NCBI GenBank assembly: GCA_965240325.2
Contig: OZ251230.1
Coordinates: 186,001-250,000 of the forward strand
Reading direction: 5' to 3'
Origin: Rebecca billardiae RCC1528
Lineage: Eukaryota; Protista; Haptophyta
DNA length: 64,000 nucleotides
Both the position numbers and the translations under genes were made by a program. Every line of letters begins with the position of its first letter. The first letter of the stretch is position 1. The notes under the pieces are model-generated. The model made no database searches and was not told the origin of the DNA. It saw nothing but the letters and a program-made list of their open reading frames with translations. Shown piece after piece: positions 11,801 to 22,731 of this stretch.

Positions 11801-14800
11801 GGCGAGGGCGGCAACGCGCGGACCCGCTGCTGCTGCTGCCGCCGCGGCGGCAGAAGCCAGCGTGCCCGGCGGCGCGGCCGGCGCGCCAGCCGCCGCCGCG
11901 GCCGCCGCCGGGTCGGGGGGCGTGGTCACGGCGGCTGTCGCGCCCGCGCCCGCCGCGCCGCCGGCCGGCGCGGACGCGAGCGCGCCCGCGCCCGCCGCGA
12001 GCGAGGCGGAGCCACCTGCTGCGGACGGCGCGCGCGCGGCGGCCGCCGCCGCGGATGATGGCGGCTCGCCCGCCGCCGCGGCGGCGCCCGCCGCCCCGTG
12101 TGTCGGCAGCCCCGAAGCCGCCGCCCCCGCGTGCCCGGCGGCGTGCCCGGCGCAGATCGAGACGGACGTGCCCGCGCACGAGCTGCGCAGCGTGCCGCCG
12201 CCTCTGTTCGCGCGCGGCCAGGAGCTGATGGCGGTGTGGGCGAAGCAGCGCAAGGAAGGGCTGTACTACGAAGCGACGGTGATGCAGCCGCCCGGGCTGG
12301 CGCGGCACCGCAAGGGCGCCTCGCGCGACGCGCTGGTATGGGAGTACGCCATCCGCTTCCACGACGACGAATCGCTCGCCGTGTGCGCCGAGGGCGACAT
12401 GGATGCCGACGTGCACGCCGTGCGAGCGCGCAACGAGCAGATTGTCGCGAAAGCGACGGAGGCGCGGCAGCGCAGGCTCGAGTGGATGCGGTGCATGCAG
12501 GCCAACGAGCGCCAGCTCAGCGCGAGCGGGGACCGACGCCGCCGCCGCGCGCCCGCCGAGCCCGCGGCCGCGGCCGCGCACCCGCCGGCGCCCGCTGCGC
12601 CGCCCGCGGCCGCCGCCGCGCCGCCGGCCGCCGCGCCGCCCGCGACCGCCGCCGCGCCGCCCGCGCCGCCGGCCGCCGGTGTGATCTCGGCGGAGCAGAT
12701 CGACATGTCGGCGGAGGAGGTTGAGCTGGCGGCGCTGGGCGCGGAGGGCAGCGGGGCCGCGAAGGCGCCCGCGGCGGCGCCCACGCTGCCGCGCGCGCTG
12801 CGGCGCACGGGGCGCGTGCCCACGCAGACGCGCCGGCTCGTGATGGAGACGGCGCCGCCGGGCTGCGTGCCGCAGCCTGCGCTCGACGACGTGGCGGCGG
12901 CGACGCGCGCGGCGGGGCGCGCGGCGGCGTCCGCGCCGCGCGCCGCGCACCCCGCGCACCCCGACGTCAGCCGCATGCTCGCCGTGGTGCACCTGAACCA
13001 CGACGAGGACGACGACGGCCCCCCGCTCGTGCTCGAGCGCCGCCACTGCCGCCCGCCGTGGCACTTCAAGCTCGACACGCGGCGCTCCGGCGGCGGCGGC
13101 GGCGGCGCGGCGCCCGTGCTCGCGGGCGAGTGGCAGACAGTCGTCGCGGCGCGCGGGCGGAGCATGGAGGGCTGCCTCCTCGCCGCCGCGCCGCCGGGCG
13201 GGGAGGGCAAGGTGCGGCAGCAGCTGGACGCGGGGCCGCGCGTGCTCGAGCAGGTGTACGTGCAGGACGAGGCGAGCGGCCGCTCGACCCTCGTCGCGCA
13301 GACCGTGGTGCCGGCGCGGCCGGAGGGCTGCGCACCGCTCGAGTGGCGCGCGGCGCACGCGTCGTCCGCGGTGCAGCTCGCGGCGGCCGACGAGCTCGAG
13401 CCGCACCACGCGTGCGCCGCGCCGATGCCGTCGGCGCCCGACGCGCCGACGGCGCCAGCCGCGCCCGCCGACGCCGCCCGCCCGCACGCCGCGCCGCCGC
13501 CGCCGCCGGTGCTGCCGGCCGCGTGCGCGCCGCCGCCCGACGCCGCCGTGACTCACGCGTACGCGTCGCTGCCGCGCGCGTGGCGGCTGGGCGTGATCCT
13601 CGGACCGACGGCCTCGGGCAAGTCGCGCGCGCTGCGCTTGTTTGCCGCGAGCCTGGACGGCGCCGCGCGCGCGAGCGTCGAGGCGTGCCTGCGCCCGCTT
13701 GCGTGGGAGCCCGACGCCGCCATCGTCGACCACCCGGACTTGCGCTCGGGCGGGCGCGCGCCGTTGCACGCGCTGCGCAGCGCGGGCTTCAACCACGTGC
13801 TCGCGATGCTGCGCGCGCACGGCACGCTCTCGGGCGGCGAGCGCGCGCGCGCGGAGCTCGCGCGGCGGCTCACGTTTGAGCACGCCGCGGTCGACGACCT
13901 CGGCGCGTGCGTCAACCCGGAGACCGCCAAGTCGATGGCGGCGGCGCTGCGCAGGCTGATGCTCGGGCGCGCCGCGGCCGCCGCGGCCGGCGCGCCGTGC
14001 GCCGCGCCGCGCGCCGTCGTCGTCACCACCGTCTCCGCCGAGCTCGTGCGCTGGCTGCAGCCCGAGTGGGTGCTGGTGCTGCCGGCCGCGCAGCTCGTGC
14101 GGCGCGACGCGGTGGCGCGCAGCGCGTGGGCGCTGCCCGTCACGCGCGTGCGCTTCGAGAACGGCGTCGCCGAGTCGGCGCCGCACCGGTACGCGCCGGC
14201 GGGCGCGCGCGCGCTCCAGCGCCGCGGCCGGCAGCCCGCGCCCAGCGGCGCCGACGGCCCGGCGAGGCCGCTGCCGCGCTACTCGTACGCGACGTTTGCG
14301 CTGAGCGCGCGGCTGCAGCCCGGGCCGGCCGCAAAGGCGCTCGCCCACTCGGTCGGGCTGCACCGCTACACGGGCAAGTCGGAGACGCACCTTCCGTGCG
14401 CGGTGCCGCTCGAGCTCAGCGCGTCCAAGATCGCGGTGATCGTCGGGCCGAGCGGCTCCGGCAAGTCGCAGCTGGTGGCGAGGCTGCTGGGCGCGGCGGG
14501 GCGCGACGCGGCGGCGGCGGCGCGGGCGCACGCGCCTCGCGACGCGCCGCCCGCCGACGCGCCGCCTCGCGACGCGCCGCCCGCCGACGCGCCGCCGCCC
14601 GACGCGCCGCCCGCGCCGCAGCCGCAGCCGGCGCGTGCGCCGGCCGGCGCGCCCGGGCTGAGTGTGCTCGAGTCCGTCGCGGCCGCGGGCGTCGCACAGC
14701 CCGAGGCGACGCTGCTCGCGCTGGGCGTGCCGCCGGCGCTGCTGCGCGCGCCGCGCGCCCGCCTCTCCGCTGGCGAGGAGTCGGTCGTGCGGCTGGCGGA

Positions 14801-16600
14801 GGAGCTGCGCGGCGGCGGCTGCTGCCTCGACGAGTTCACCTCGGCGCTCGACCGCGGCGCGGCGCGCGCGCTGTGCGCGCGGCTGCGCGCGCTCGTGCGC
14901 GCGCGCGGCCTGCGCTCCGTGCTCGTGGCGACGGCGCACGCGGACGCGGCGGCGTGGCTCGCCGCGCCCGCCGAGCCCGACGGCGCGGACGGCGCCGACG
15001 CCGTGCCTGTCTACTCGACCGCGGCGTGGCGGCTGCTGCGCGCGGACGAGCTCGCGCGCACGCGCGCGCACGCGGACGAGGCGCTCGCGAGCTGGGAGCG
15101 CGCGTGGCACGACTCGGCCACGGCGGCTGTGGCGAGCCTGCTCGCGCTGCCGCCGCGTGTGCAGCTCACGCTCACGCGCTGCCACGCGCAGATGTTTGAC
15201 GCCTTCTTCGCGCAGCACCACTACAAGGATCCCACCGTCGCCAAAGGCGCGCAGTGCTTTGTCGCGCGCTCGCTCGAGCTGCCGCCGCGCCCGGGCGCGG
15301 CCGCGCCCGCCGAGCGCGGCGGGGCGCCGCTCGGCGCCGCCGCGCACGGCGAGATGGTGGGCTTCGTCGCGGTGCTGCACCACCCGCAGCCTAGCGGCGT
15401 GACCAACCGCGAGTCGCGCCTCGTCGTGCTGCCCGACTACCAGGCGCGCGCAGACACGCGCGCCGCGCGCGCCGCGCGACGCCGCGCCGCGCGGCGCGCG
15501 CGCGACGCGCGCTCACGCGCGCCCGGCCCGCCGCCCGCGCGCCCCGCCCTGCCGCCGCCGCGCGCGCGCGCCGCGCACGCCCCCGCGCCCAGCAGTGCCG
15601 GCAGTACGCCTCGAAGATCTCCAACGCGATCGCCGAGCTGTACGACCTCTCGATACAGGGCGTGTTCCGCACGGTCACGCAGCACCCCTTCTTCGGCACG
15701 TACAGGGACGCCCACCCGCTCTGGCGGCAGAGCAGCACCAACCGCGTGCGGCAGCCGACGGGGCGCTACCCGGGGGAGCGCGGGAGCGAGGCCGCCGCCG
15801 CGCGCGCGCGCCACGTCGCGCGCAAGTCGTCGCACGCGTACAAGGGCGCGCGGGGCCTGCTGACGCGCAGGGTGGAGTGCAGCGCGTACGCGGACGCCGG
15901 CCTCGCCAACGAGCCGGCCCTTCAGCCCGTCGGCGCGCACATCAAGCTGCAGCTGACCACGAGCCTGCGCGAGCGGGACCTGCACGGCAAGCGCACGCTC
16001 ACGTGTGTGCTCGGCGCGCCGGCCCCCGGCGCGCCCGCGCAGTTCCGCCAGCTGATCGACAGGGCCACGGGCAGGGAGTTGCACCTGCGCTACGAGGACG
16101 AGGACGGGATCGTGCGCTATGTGCACGGAGCCACGCTGGTGCAGCAAGGCACGGGCAAGCGCGAGCGCGACGACGCACCGGCCGAGGCGGGCGGCGCGCC
16201 GTGCGCGCGCCGTGCGGCGGGGCCGCGCGCGCCGCCGCCCGAGCGGGGGGGTGGCCGCGGCCGAGGCGCGCACAGCGAGAGCACCGGCGACACGGGCACG
16301 CGCGGCGAGGAAGGGAGCGAGGAGGACGAGGACGAAGAGGAGGGCGAAGAGGAGGCGGACGAGGAGGACGAGGAGGACGAGGGCGAGGAGGAAGAGGGGA
16401 GCGATGGCGATGAGGCCTGCAGCGGCGGCCCTGCACCCGAGGGCGCGCACCAGCCGCCCAGGGCGCCCAACTCGCCGGCTCGCAAGCGCAGCCGCACTGG
16501 CGGCGACGGCTGCGATGAGGGGAGGCACGATAAGCAGCTGCACAACGGCTCTCGCCTGGCCATCCGGAGCGCGATCAGGACGATGCCGCCAGCGATATGA
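8802..16600 (+). CDS. Giant multidomain protein: WSD-like, MBD-like and Tudor/Agenet-like modules plus tandem ABC ATPase and GNAT (COG2401-type) module, acidic tail
   Basis: Walker A GPTASGKS (13602-13625) and GPSGSGKS (14445-14468); LSGGE and LSAGE signatures; LDEFTSALD; VATAH; HHY (15216-15224); SRLVVLPDYQ; GC-AG intron 15444-15592/15595 joins the frame containing TQHPFFGTYRDAHPLW; stop at 16600. Confidence 0.82.
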
Positions 16601-16775
16601 TTACTTAGCAGTGCCAGTGATGACTATGATAGTCATCAGTCCTTCGTCAACGACAACGCCAATGCACTACAAGTTGTTCGTTATGGTAGGGGTTGGCGGC
16701 GGCGGCCCGGGGCTCCCGCATCGCGGCGGATTTCCGATTGTGCCCGCCGACCAGCGCCTGATCTCGGTGCGGGCC

Positions 16776-17885
16776 ATGGCGTGCTGCGCGAGCCCCAAGA
16801 CGGTGGAGCGCGCCGGCGAAGGCGACGACGATGGCGGATCAAGCAAGCTTCCGATCGTGCTGGTCACGGGCGTGACAGGCTACGTCGGCTCGTGGGTCGT
16901 CAAGACGCTCGCTGAGATGGGCGGCTTTGCGGTGCGCGGCACGGTGCGCTCTCGCGCCGATGAGGCGAAGCTACGGGAGATCTGCCCCGGGATCGAGCTC
17001 GTGGAGGTCGACCTTGTGGACTCGTCGGACCAGGCGTGGAATGCCGCGCTCGCCGGCTGCGCCTATGTCATCCACGTCGCCGCAAAGTTTGCGCTCGACG
17101 CCAAGTCTGAGCAGGAGGTGGTCCTGCCCGCGGTCAAGGGCACGGAGCGCGTGATGCGCGCGGCCGCCGCCGCGGGCGTGTCGCGCGTCGTGCTCACCTC
17201 GGGCTTCAAGACCGCGACGCCCGGCTTCTACGGCAAGCATCCCAAGTTCCACTACACGCCGGACGACTGGACTGACGCGAAGGACCCAAAGCTGCCGCTG
17301 ATGGACAAGGCCAAGGTGCAGCAGGAGCAAGTGGCGTGGGAGCTGGCGCAGCAGCTCGGGCTCGAGCTGGTCGTGCTGCTGCCCGGCGGGATGTACGGCC
17401 CGCTGCTCCTGCCGCGCAAGAATGAGGTGACCGGGCACATCACCGCGCTCATGCTCGGCGAGCTCCCAGTGGTGCCGCCCGCCAGCATCCCGTGTGTCGA
17501 CATCCGCGACGCGGCGCGCGCGCACGTGCTCGCGCTGACGGCCGCTGGCGCGGCCGGCTCGCGCTTCCTTGTGTACAATCCGACGGGCGCGAGCGTGACA
17601 TACACGCAGATCGGCGAGTGGGTGCACGAGGCGCTGCCCGACTGGCCTGTCTCGCACAAGCGTGCGCCGTGGTTGGTGAGCAAGCTCTTCGGGCTGCTCA
17701 ACCCGGCGATCGCACCGCACCTGCGGCCGGAGTCGATCACCTTCGAAACGAACGGGACGGAGCTCACGCTGGGGCTGCGACGCGCCGACCTCATCTATCC
17801 CGAGGTGACGTTCAAAGCGATGGCGAGGTCGATCGCAGAGATTGGGCTTGTCGAGAACCCGCGCAAGGCTTCGTCGACGGTCTGA
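16776..17885 (+). CDS. Extended SDR (dihydroflavonol reductase / aldehyde reductase-like), probably catalytically altered
   Basis: VLVTGVTGYVG Rossmann motif, VRGTVRS, YVIHVA, PAVKGT, VDIRDAARAH; intronless; ATG at 16776. Confidence 0.88.
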   Translation: MACCASPKTVERAGEGDDDGGSSKLPIVLVTGVTGYVGSWVVKTLAEMGGFAVRGTVRSRADEAKLREICPGIELVEVDLVDSSDQAWNAALAGCAYVIHVAAKFALDAKSEQEVVLPAVKGTERVMRAAAAAGVSRVVLTSGFKTATPGFYGKHPKFHYTPDDWTDAKDPKLPLMDKAKVQQEQVAWELAQQLGLELVVLLPGGMYGPLLLPRKNEVTGHITALMLGELPVVPPASIPCVDIRDAARAHVLALTAAGAAGSRFLVYNPTGASVTYTQIGEWVHEALPDWPVSHKRAPWLVSKLFGLLNPAIAPHLRPESITFETNGTELTLGLRRADLIYPEVTFKAMARSIAEIGLVENPRKASSTV

Positions 17886-18355
17886 TTGCAGACTACCTCC
17901 TAGCTGCGGCCGCGGCCGATCGATGATGACGAGGTCAACGACTAACTGTGAATCAACGAGTAGAAACCCGTTATGGGCCGTGGCGTGACCTACTGGTCTA
18001 CGACAATATATATATTGGTCGTATATTAATCATCTATATTTAAATATATATATATATTATTAATTTAATACACATGCGCATATATGTCGTATATGTATTT
18101 GAACGACCGGACGTGGTATGCATGCTGCTTAAAACGGGCCCCGAAGCACGCCCAGGTCCAGGACTCAGGCTCAGACGGTGCGGCAGACACATAAAATGCG
18201 CGTCGTCATCCGCGCCGGCTTCGTCCCGGTAGTCCCGGCCGATTGCCGCATTGCGGCCCCGGGCCGACCGGAGTGCAGCGGTCAGGCAGTGCGCCACCCG
18301 CAGCCCTCCCCTACCGCGGGAGCGGGGCATATACTTATCGCGGTGGCGCGCGCGC

Positions 18356-18419
18356 GTCGACGCCAGACGGTGCGTCGGGCTTCCGCTCGGCGATGGAGGT
18401 TGGAGTGATAGGCGACTAC
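18356..18419. repeat. Short dispersed repeat (about 60 bp), copy 1
   Basis: GTCGACGCCAGACGGTGCGTCG.GCTTCCGCTCGGCGATGGAG...GGCGACTAC is also present at 56388-56444. Confidence 0.8.
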
Positions 18420-20993
18420 TCGTGCTAGTCGTGCTGTGCCGACATCCGGGTATCTACCTGCTGCTCCGGCAGATGTCAAGTACACCTTAGACGCACCAGG
18501 CGCAGCTAACCGCGGCTCAGTGTGCGCTTAAGCAAATGCGTGGTCACCCGTGGCTGTCGCAGATGCCATGGATGACCGCCGACGCTTTGCTCCGTCGTGC
18601 AGCGAATGCTCGCGCACGACGAGAGGTCAGGCCAAGCTCCGCTACGGAGCTCGCCGCGATCGCCGCTGCCTTCTGCGGCATGGGCGCGAGCTTCCCGGCC
18701 AAGGCGCATGCGCTCGATCAGCGCGCGCAGCTGCGCGCAGCCGCCGCCACGCCTCGGCTGGCGGCGGCGGTGCGTCGGTCGGGCGCGCAGATCGCCAAGC
18801 CAAGGCTCGCGGCGAGCTCGCACCGAGTCGCGCGGGCACCCAAGGCGCGGGCACCAGCAGATCGTCCTGCGCCGGCGACTCGCCGCGCGCACGGACGAGC
18901 GCGCTTGCATCAGATGCCCATGTACATGTCCCGACGTGCCCAGCTCGAGAGCGCCTCGAAACTCGCTCTGCACGGGCCACGCGCGAGCCCTCGAGAGTGC
19001 GGGGCCGCCGGGCGAAATGCAACAGGCCTGCACGGTGCAAATAGGCGAGAGTGCGGGGCGAAAAGGAGCGGTGATGATCCTCTGGGTATTCCGGTGCCAT
19101 CCGGACAGCGCGCGCGGGCATGCGCGCGGTGAGAGCCGCGCATCAAGCCTTGCGCGGCGCGCGTGTCAGACTCATTCTAAGACTGGCCGCCATAGCGCCG
19201 TCGCCCGATTCCTTGCGCAGGTATTGTTTTGGTTTTTCGATTCCCCTTTTCCCCACTCACTCGTACGCACTGCGCAAGTAGGTAAAATACCCGCTTCAAA
19301 CTACAAGTATGAGGGCTGAGGCGCTCATATGAAGTCATATGAGCATTCTCTACTCACCGGTTCTTTTGAGTTTTGATGAACACAAAGCCAATCACGGTTG
19401 GCGGGCGTTGTTCGAACATACGAGAATATTTGTGCGTGCTTCGATGGGTATTTCGAAGCATCGGAATTACTTGGGAGTTCATGTCGTTTACTCGCTTTAT
19501 CTACGATGGCACCGGCTGGACCCAAGGTCAAGCGCGTGACGCATGTTGGATTAGACCCAGGGTCCCGTGCATGTCTCAGCGGCCGGGCACGGGCGCCATG
19601 GCCGGTGGGCCGGGAGGAAGGCCCCTGTTGGAGCATAGAGGCGATGACGGCCGCGGCCATCGCTGCCGACCACCACGTCCGGCGTGGTAGCGTGCGGACG
19701 CCGTTGCGACGGGCAGAAGCAAGTGGTCGAGTGCAGACGCGTGCGATCATAAATTCGGGCGCGGGGCTGTGGACTGCAACGGCCTGGCAGCCAGCTGCAG
19801 ATGCAGTGCTCGATACTTTGAATGCCGACCATTGGGCGTGCCTCCCTCCCTGCGCAACAAATCGTTGGTCAACAGGTGCACTCACAGTCACTCATGCGGC
19901 CGCGAAGCACCCCTCGCGGGTGCAACGTAGTCTCCGCACCGTGGCGGGCTCACAGATCTCGGACGAAGCGCGGAAGGGGTGTGTACGCAGCTCGTGCTCG
20001 TGACGAGGGGAGCTGCTGGTGCACGTTGTGGCATGCGCGTGGTCAATACCGCTGTGCAGCCGCAGCTCGTCGCTCGAGATGAGGACTGGGGCAGGTCGCG
20101 TGTGGGACGTAGCGCACCAGCAGGCATTCCGCGATCCTCCGCGACAGCAACTAGCAGCCACGAGCGCACTGCTGCCAGGCACACCGCGCGAGACCGCCGC
20201 GCGCGAAACGCCAGCCATGCGCGCGCGCGCGCGCGATCGCGACATTGGTGCGACTCCATTATTGCGCCCCCATATGACCGGTACATTTACGCCTTTTCGC
20301 GCAAGTTCGATTCAACCTCTGGACTGTGAGATCTTCAACACCAAGGAGCGTGCAAGACGCACACGGACCGACGAACACCGAGACATATGCCGGGGAAGTT
20401 CGCCAATGTTCTAATAGGCAATTCGGACGAGATCAGCGAGGAAAAAACTCAGCCCTGGCGGGCGGGGGGGTCGGCGGGCCGTGCCAGTGCTGTCGCAATA
20501 TTTCCCCAGCGGGTTCGCGCCTTTTATTTATAGCGGTTTGACGGGCAGGATGACTACGAATAATAACAATGCGACATCATACCGAGATGATTGTGAGCTA
20601 CCCGACTCACTGACGAATAATAACGCGACAGATGACTCTGGTGCGAGCTCAGCGACAGTGTGATTGCGCGTGTATTCCTGCACCCACTGTGATGCTACTC
20701 GTCATCGTGCCGAGCCTTCGACTGCGCGCACGCACTGCCAACTGATTGGCGTGCGACGGCGGCGTGCCCGTGTGCGCCTGACGGTGACGGTTTGTCCTTG
20801 GAGCTAAACACGAAAACAGTTCAAGTTGTGGCGGAGTGTGATGTTCAGTGCATCCTACCGATTTCTGTCTCTCTGTCTCTCTGTCTCTCTATGTTGATTT
20901 CTAACGGTTATTATTATTTGAAATCAGTGTAATGGGCCCGGTCTTTATATTAAAATCGTACGTACCGTTTTACTGTCATTGACTACTGTCTAG

Positions 20994-21498
20994 TCATAGT
21001 ATCTCCCGGCGACTGCACCCGCGTTGCGCCACTTCGGCGGTGACGGCGATGGCGTGCTGATCGCCCTCAACGCAAGGAGCGGTGGCGATGCTCAGGTCGA
21101 CGTGTCTCTCGCGCGCGCGGTGGTGCGCAGCGCGCGCAGAGGCCCGTGCGGCGCTGAGGTGCTCCAGCTGGGCGGCGGCGCCGGTCGCGATCAACGGTGG
21201 GCACGCGCTGCTCGAGCAGGCACACGAAGCGCAGCGCATGCGTCACCGGCTTCACGACGTCGGCCTCCTCCCGCAGCGCCCGTGCCATGGTGGAGGATGG
21301 CGCGGCGATCTTGCACGCTCGGCGACTCATTTCTCTGCGAAAGAGCGCTTTGGCTCGGTCATAGCGCGCTGTCGCCTGCGCCGCCGACTCGCGAAGATGC
21401 GGTTCCTGCCACGGCTGCAAACCCGGCAGGTGCGTGCGGTGCGCGTCGTACGCCGCTTTGCGCTGCCCCTCCGTCGCATTGGCCACTGTCGACGCCAT
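20994..21498 (-). pseudogene. Possible frameshifted gene fragment of unknown function
   Basis: GC3-biased codons in ORF 21498-21067 appear to switch near 21200 to the frame of ORF 21239-20994; no domain recognised. Confidence 0.25.
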
Positions 21499-22731
21499 GC
21501 AGGCTGGACGTGGGCCCCCGAGCGCCGAGCGATCTTTGGCCGCGAGCTCGCGAGCGCGAAAGATGATCGCTGGTCAGGAGTCCTGTGCGGTAGCAAACGG
21601 ATTTGCATGCGCCCGACCTTGCCAACCGGGGCACGCGACAGTCCGGTGTGTGGATTCCGGTTATGGTGTTCAGAAGGCCGCGCCAAATCTTGCGTCGCGT
21701 GCGATGGCGCTTCCCGCCCGCGAGACGCCTCGTGATGAGGGCCTTTCCGCACCGAACTCGACGCGCGACGGTGGATCGCTCGGAGTGGCTGTCGTGCGCA
21801 GCGCTTAATATTATGGCCCGTGCGAGCGCTCAACGTGCAAGTCGGGCGAGGACCGCCCCAGGTCGCACGATCGTGTCGACGCGCCGAGCGTGCCTCCAAA
21901 CGCGTCGACTTTGGCCCCCGTTCGACCTGCACGCGAGACGACGAGGGCAGCAATCGCGAATCGGGCGAAAACACGTCTCGGGAATCCTCGCGCGATGTCT
22001 GCGCCGGCGTTGGATTCGGCGCGCGCCGCCCACGCGCTCCGCGCCATCCAGGACTCTCTTTCGGCCGAGCGTCCCCAGTGGGAGCTGCAAGGGCGCCCGG
22101 TAGTGAGCGAAGCGACCCGGCAGCGAGGGAGGCGATTTTCTTTTCTTTGCGAGGCGATTTTCTTTTTTCCTTTTCTTTTTCTTATCTTTTTCCCGGGCAC
22201 TACAAGGGGCGGACCTACGGCCCGCCATATGAAAAATGCCGATCTCCCCGACGGAAGCTGCTCGGAGCTACTACTCCGATTCAGGATATCCAAATACTTG
22301 ACGTCTCATTAGCCGCTGCTCCCCAAACTCAGATCCATCGTCCTCTGATGGTGGTTCATGTTCACAATTGCGCCCAAATTGAGCGGGGTAGGACCCGCGG
22401 CCATCTGGCACCTCGAGATCGTCAACCTCGTGTCCACTTGGCTCAAGACCACCTCCAGCGTTCCTCAAACCCTCATTAAAGCCCGGAGCAATTCGTGCTG
22501 GTACTCCTGCGAATGATGCGCGGGGGCCGAGGCGCGCAATCAGAACGCACTTTTGGAGGGCGATCGGTTTCGTCTACCCAAATTTTTCGGGGAGTCCGCC
22601 CACAATTGGAGTGGACCGTCATTTTCGCTTGGCGGCTGCGTGCCCGCCCCCCCCTCCGCCGCCAAGCGCCCGAGAGTGGTCGAATCACACCCGACACAAC
22701 AAGCCCCGCCCCTCTTGCCGCCCTCCCAGCC

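Noticed and set aside
7752-15383. 2543-aa minus-strand ORF (and similar giants such as 43805-51457 minus and 46099-51393 plus)
   Set aside because: Shadow ORFs caused by stop-codon scarcity in very GC-rich coding DNA; Arg/Ala/Gly-rich with no motifs, and overlapping well-supported genes
16119-16775. Apparent N-terminal extension of the SDR ORF overlapping the ABC-GNAT tail
   Set aside because: Out-of-frame read-through of the neighbouring gene and intergenic DNA; the SDR domain starts right after the ATG at 16776
20306-20314. GTTCGATTC T-loop-like motif
   Set aside because: No cloverleaf or A-box upstream; not a tRNA
18426-20556. Possible degenerate TIR pair TAGTCGTGCTG / CAGGATGACTA
   Set aside because: Several mismatches and no TSD; not enough to call an element
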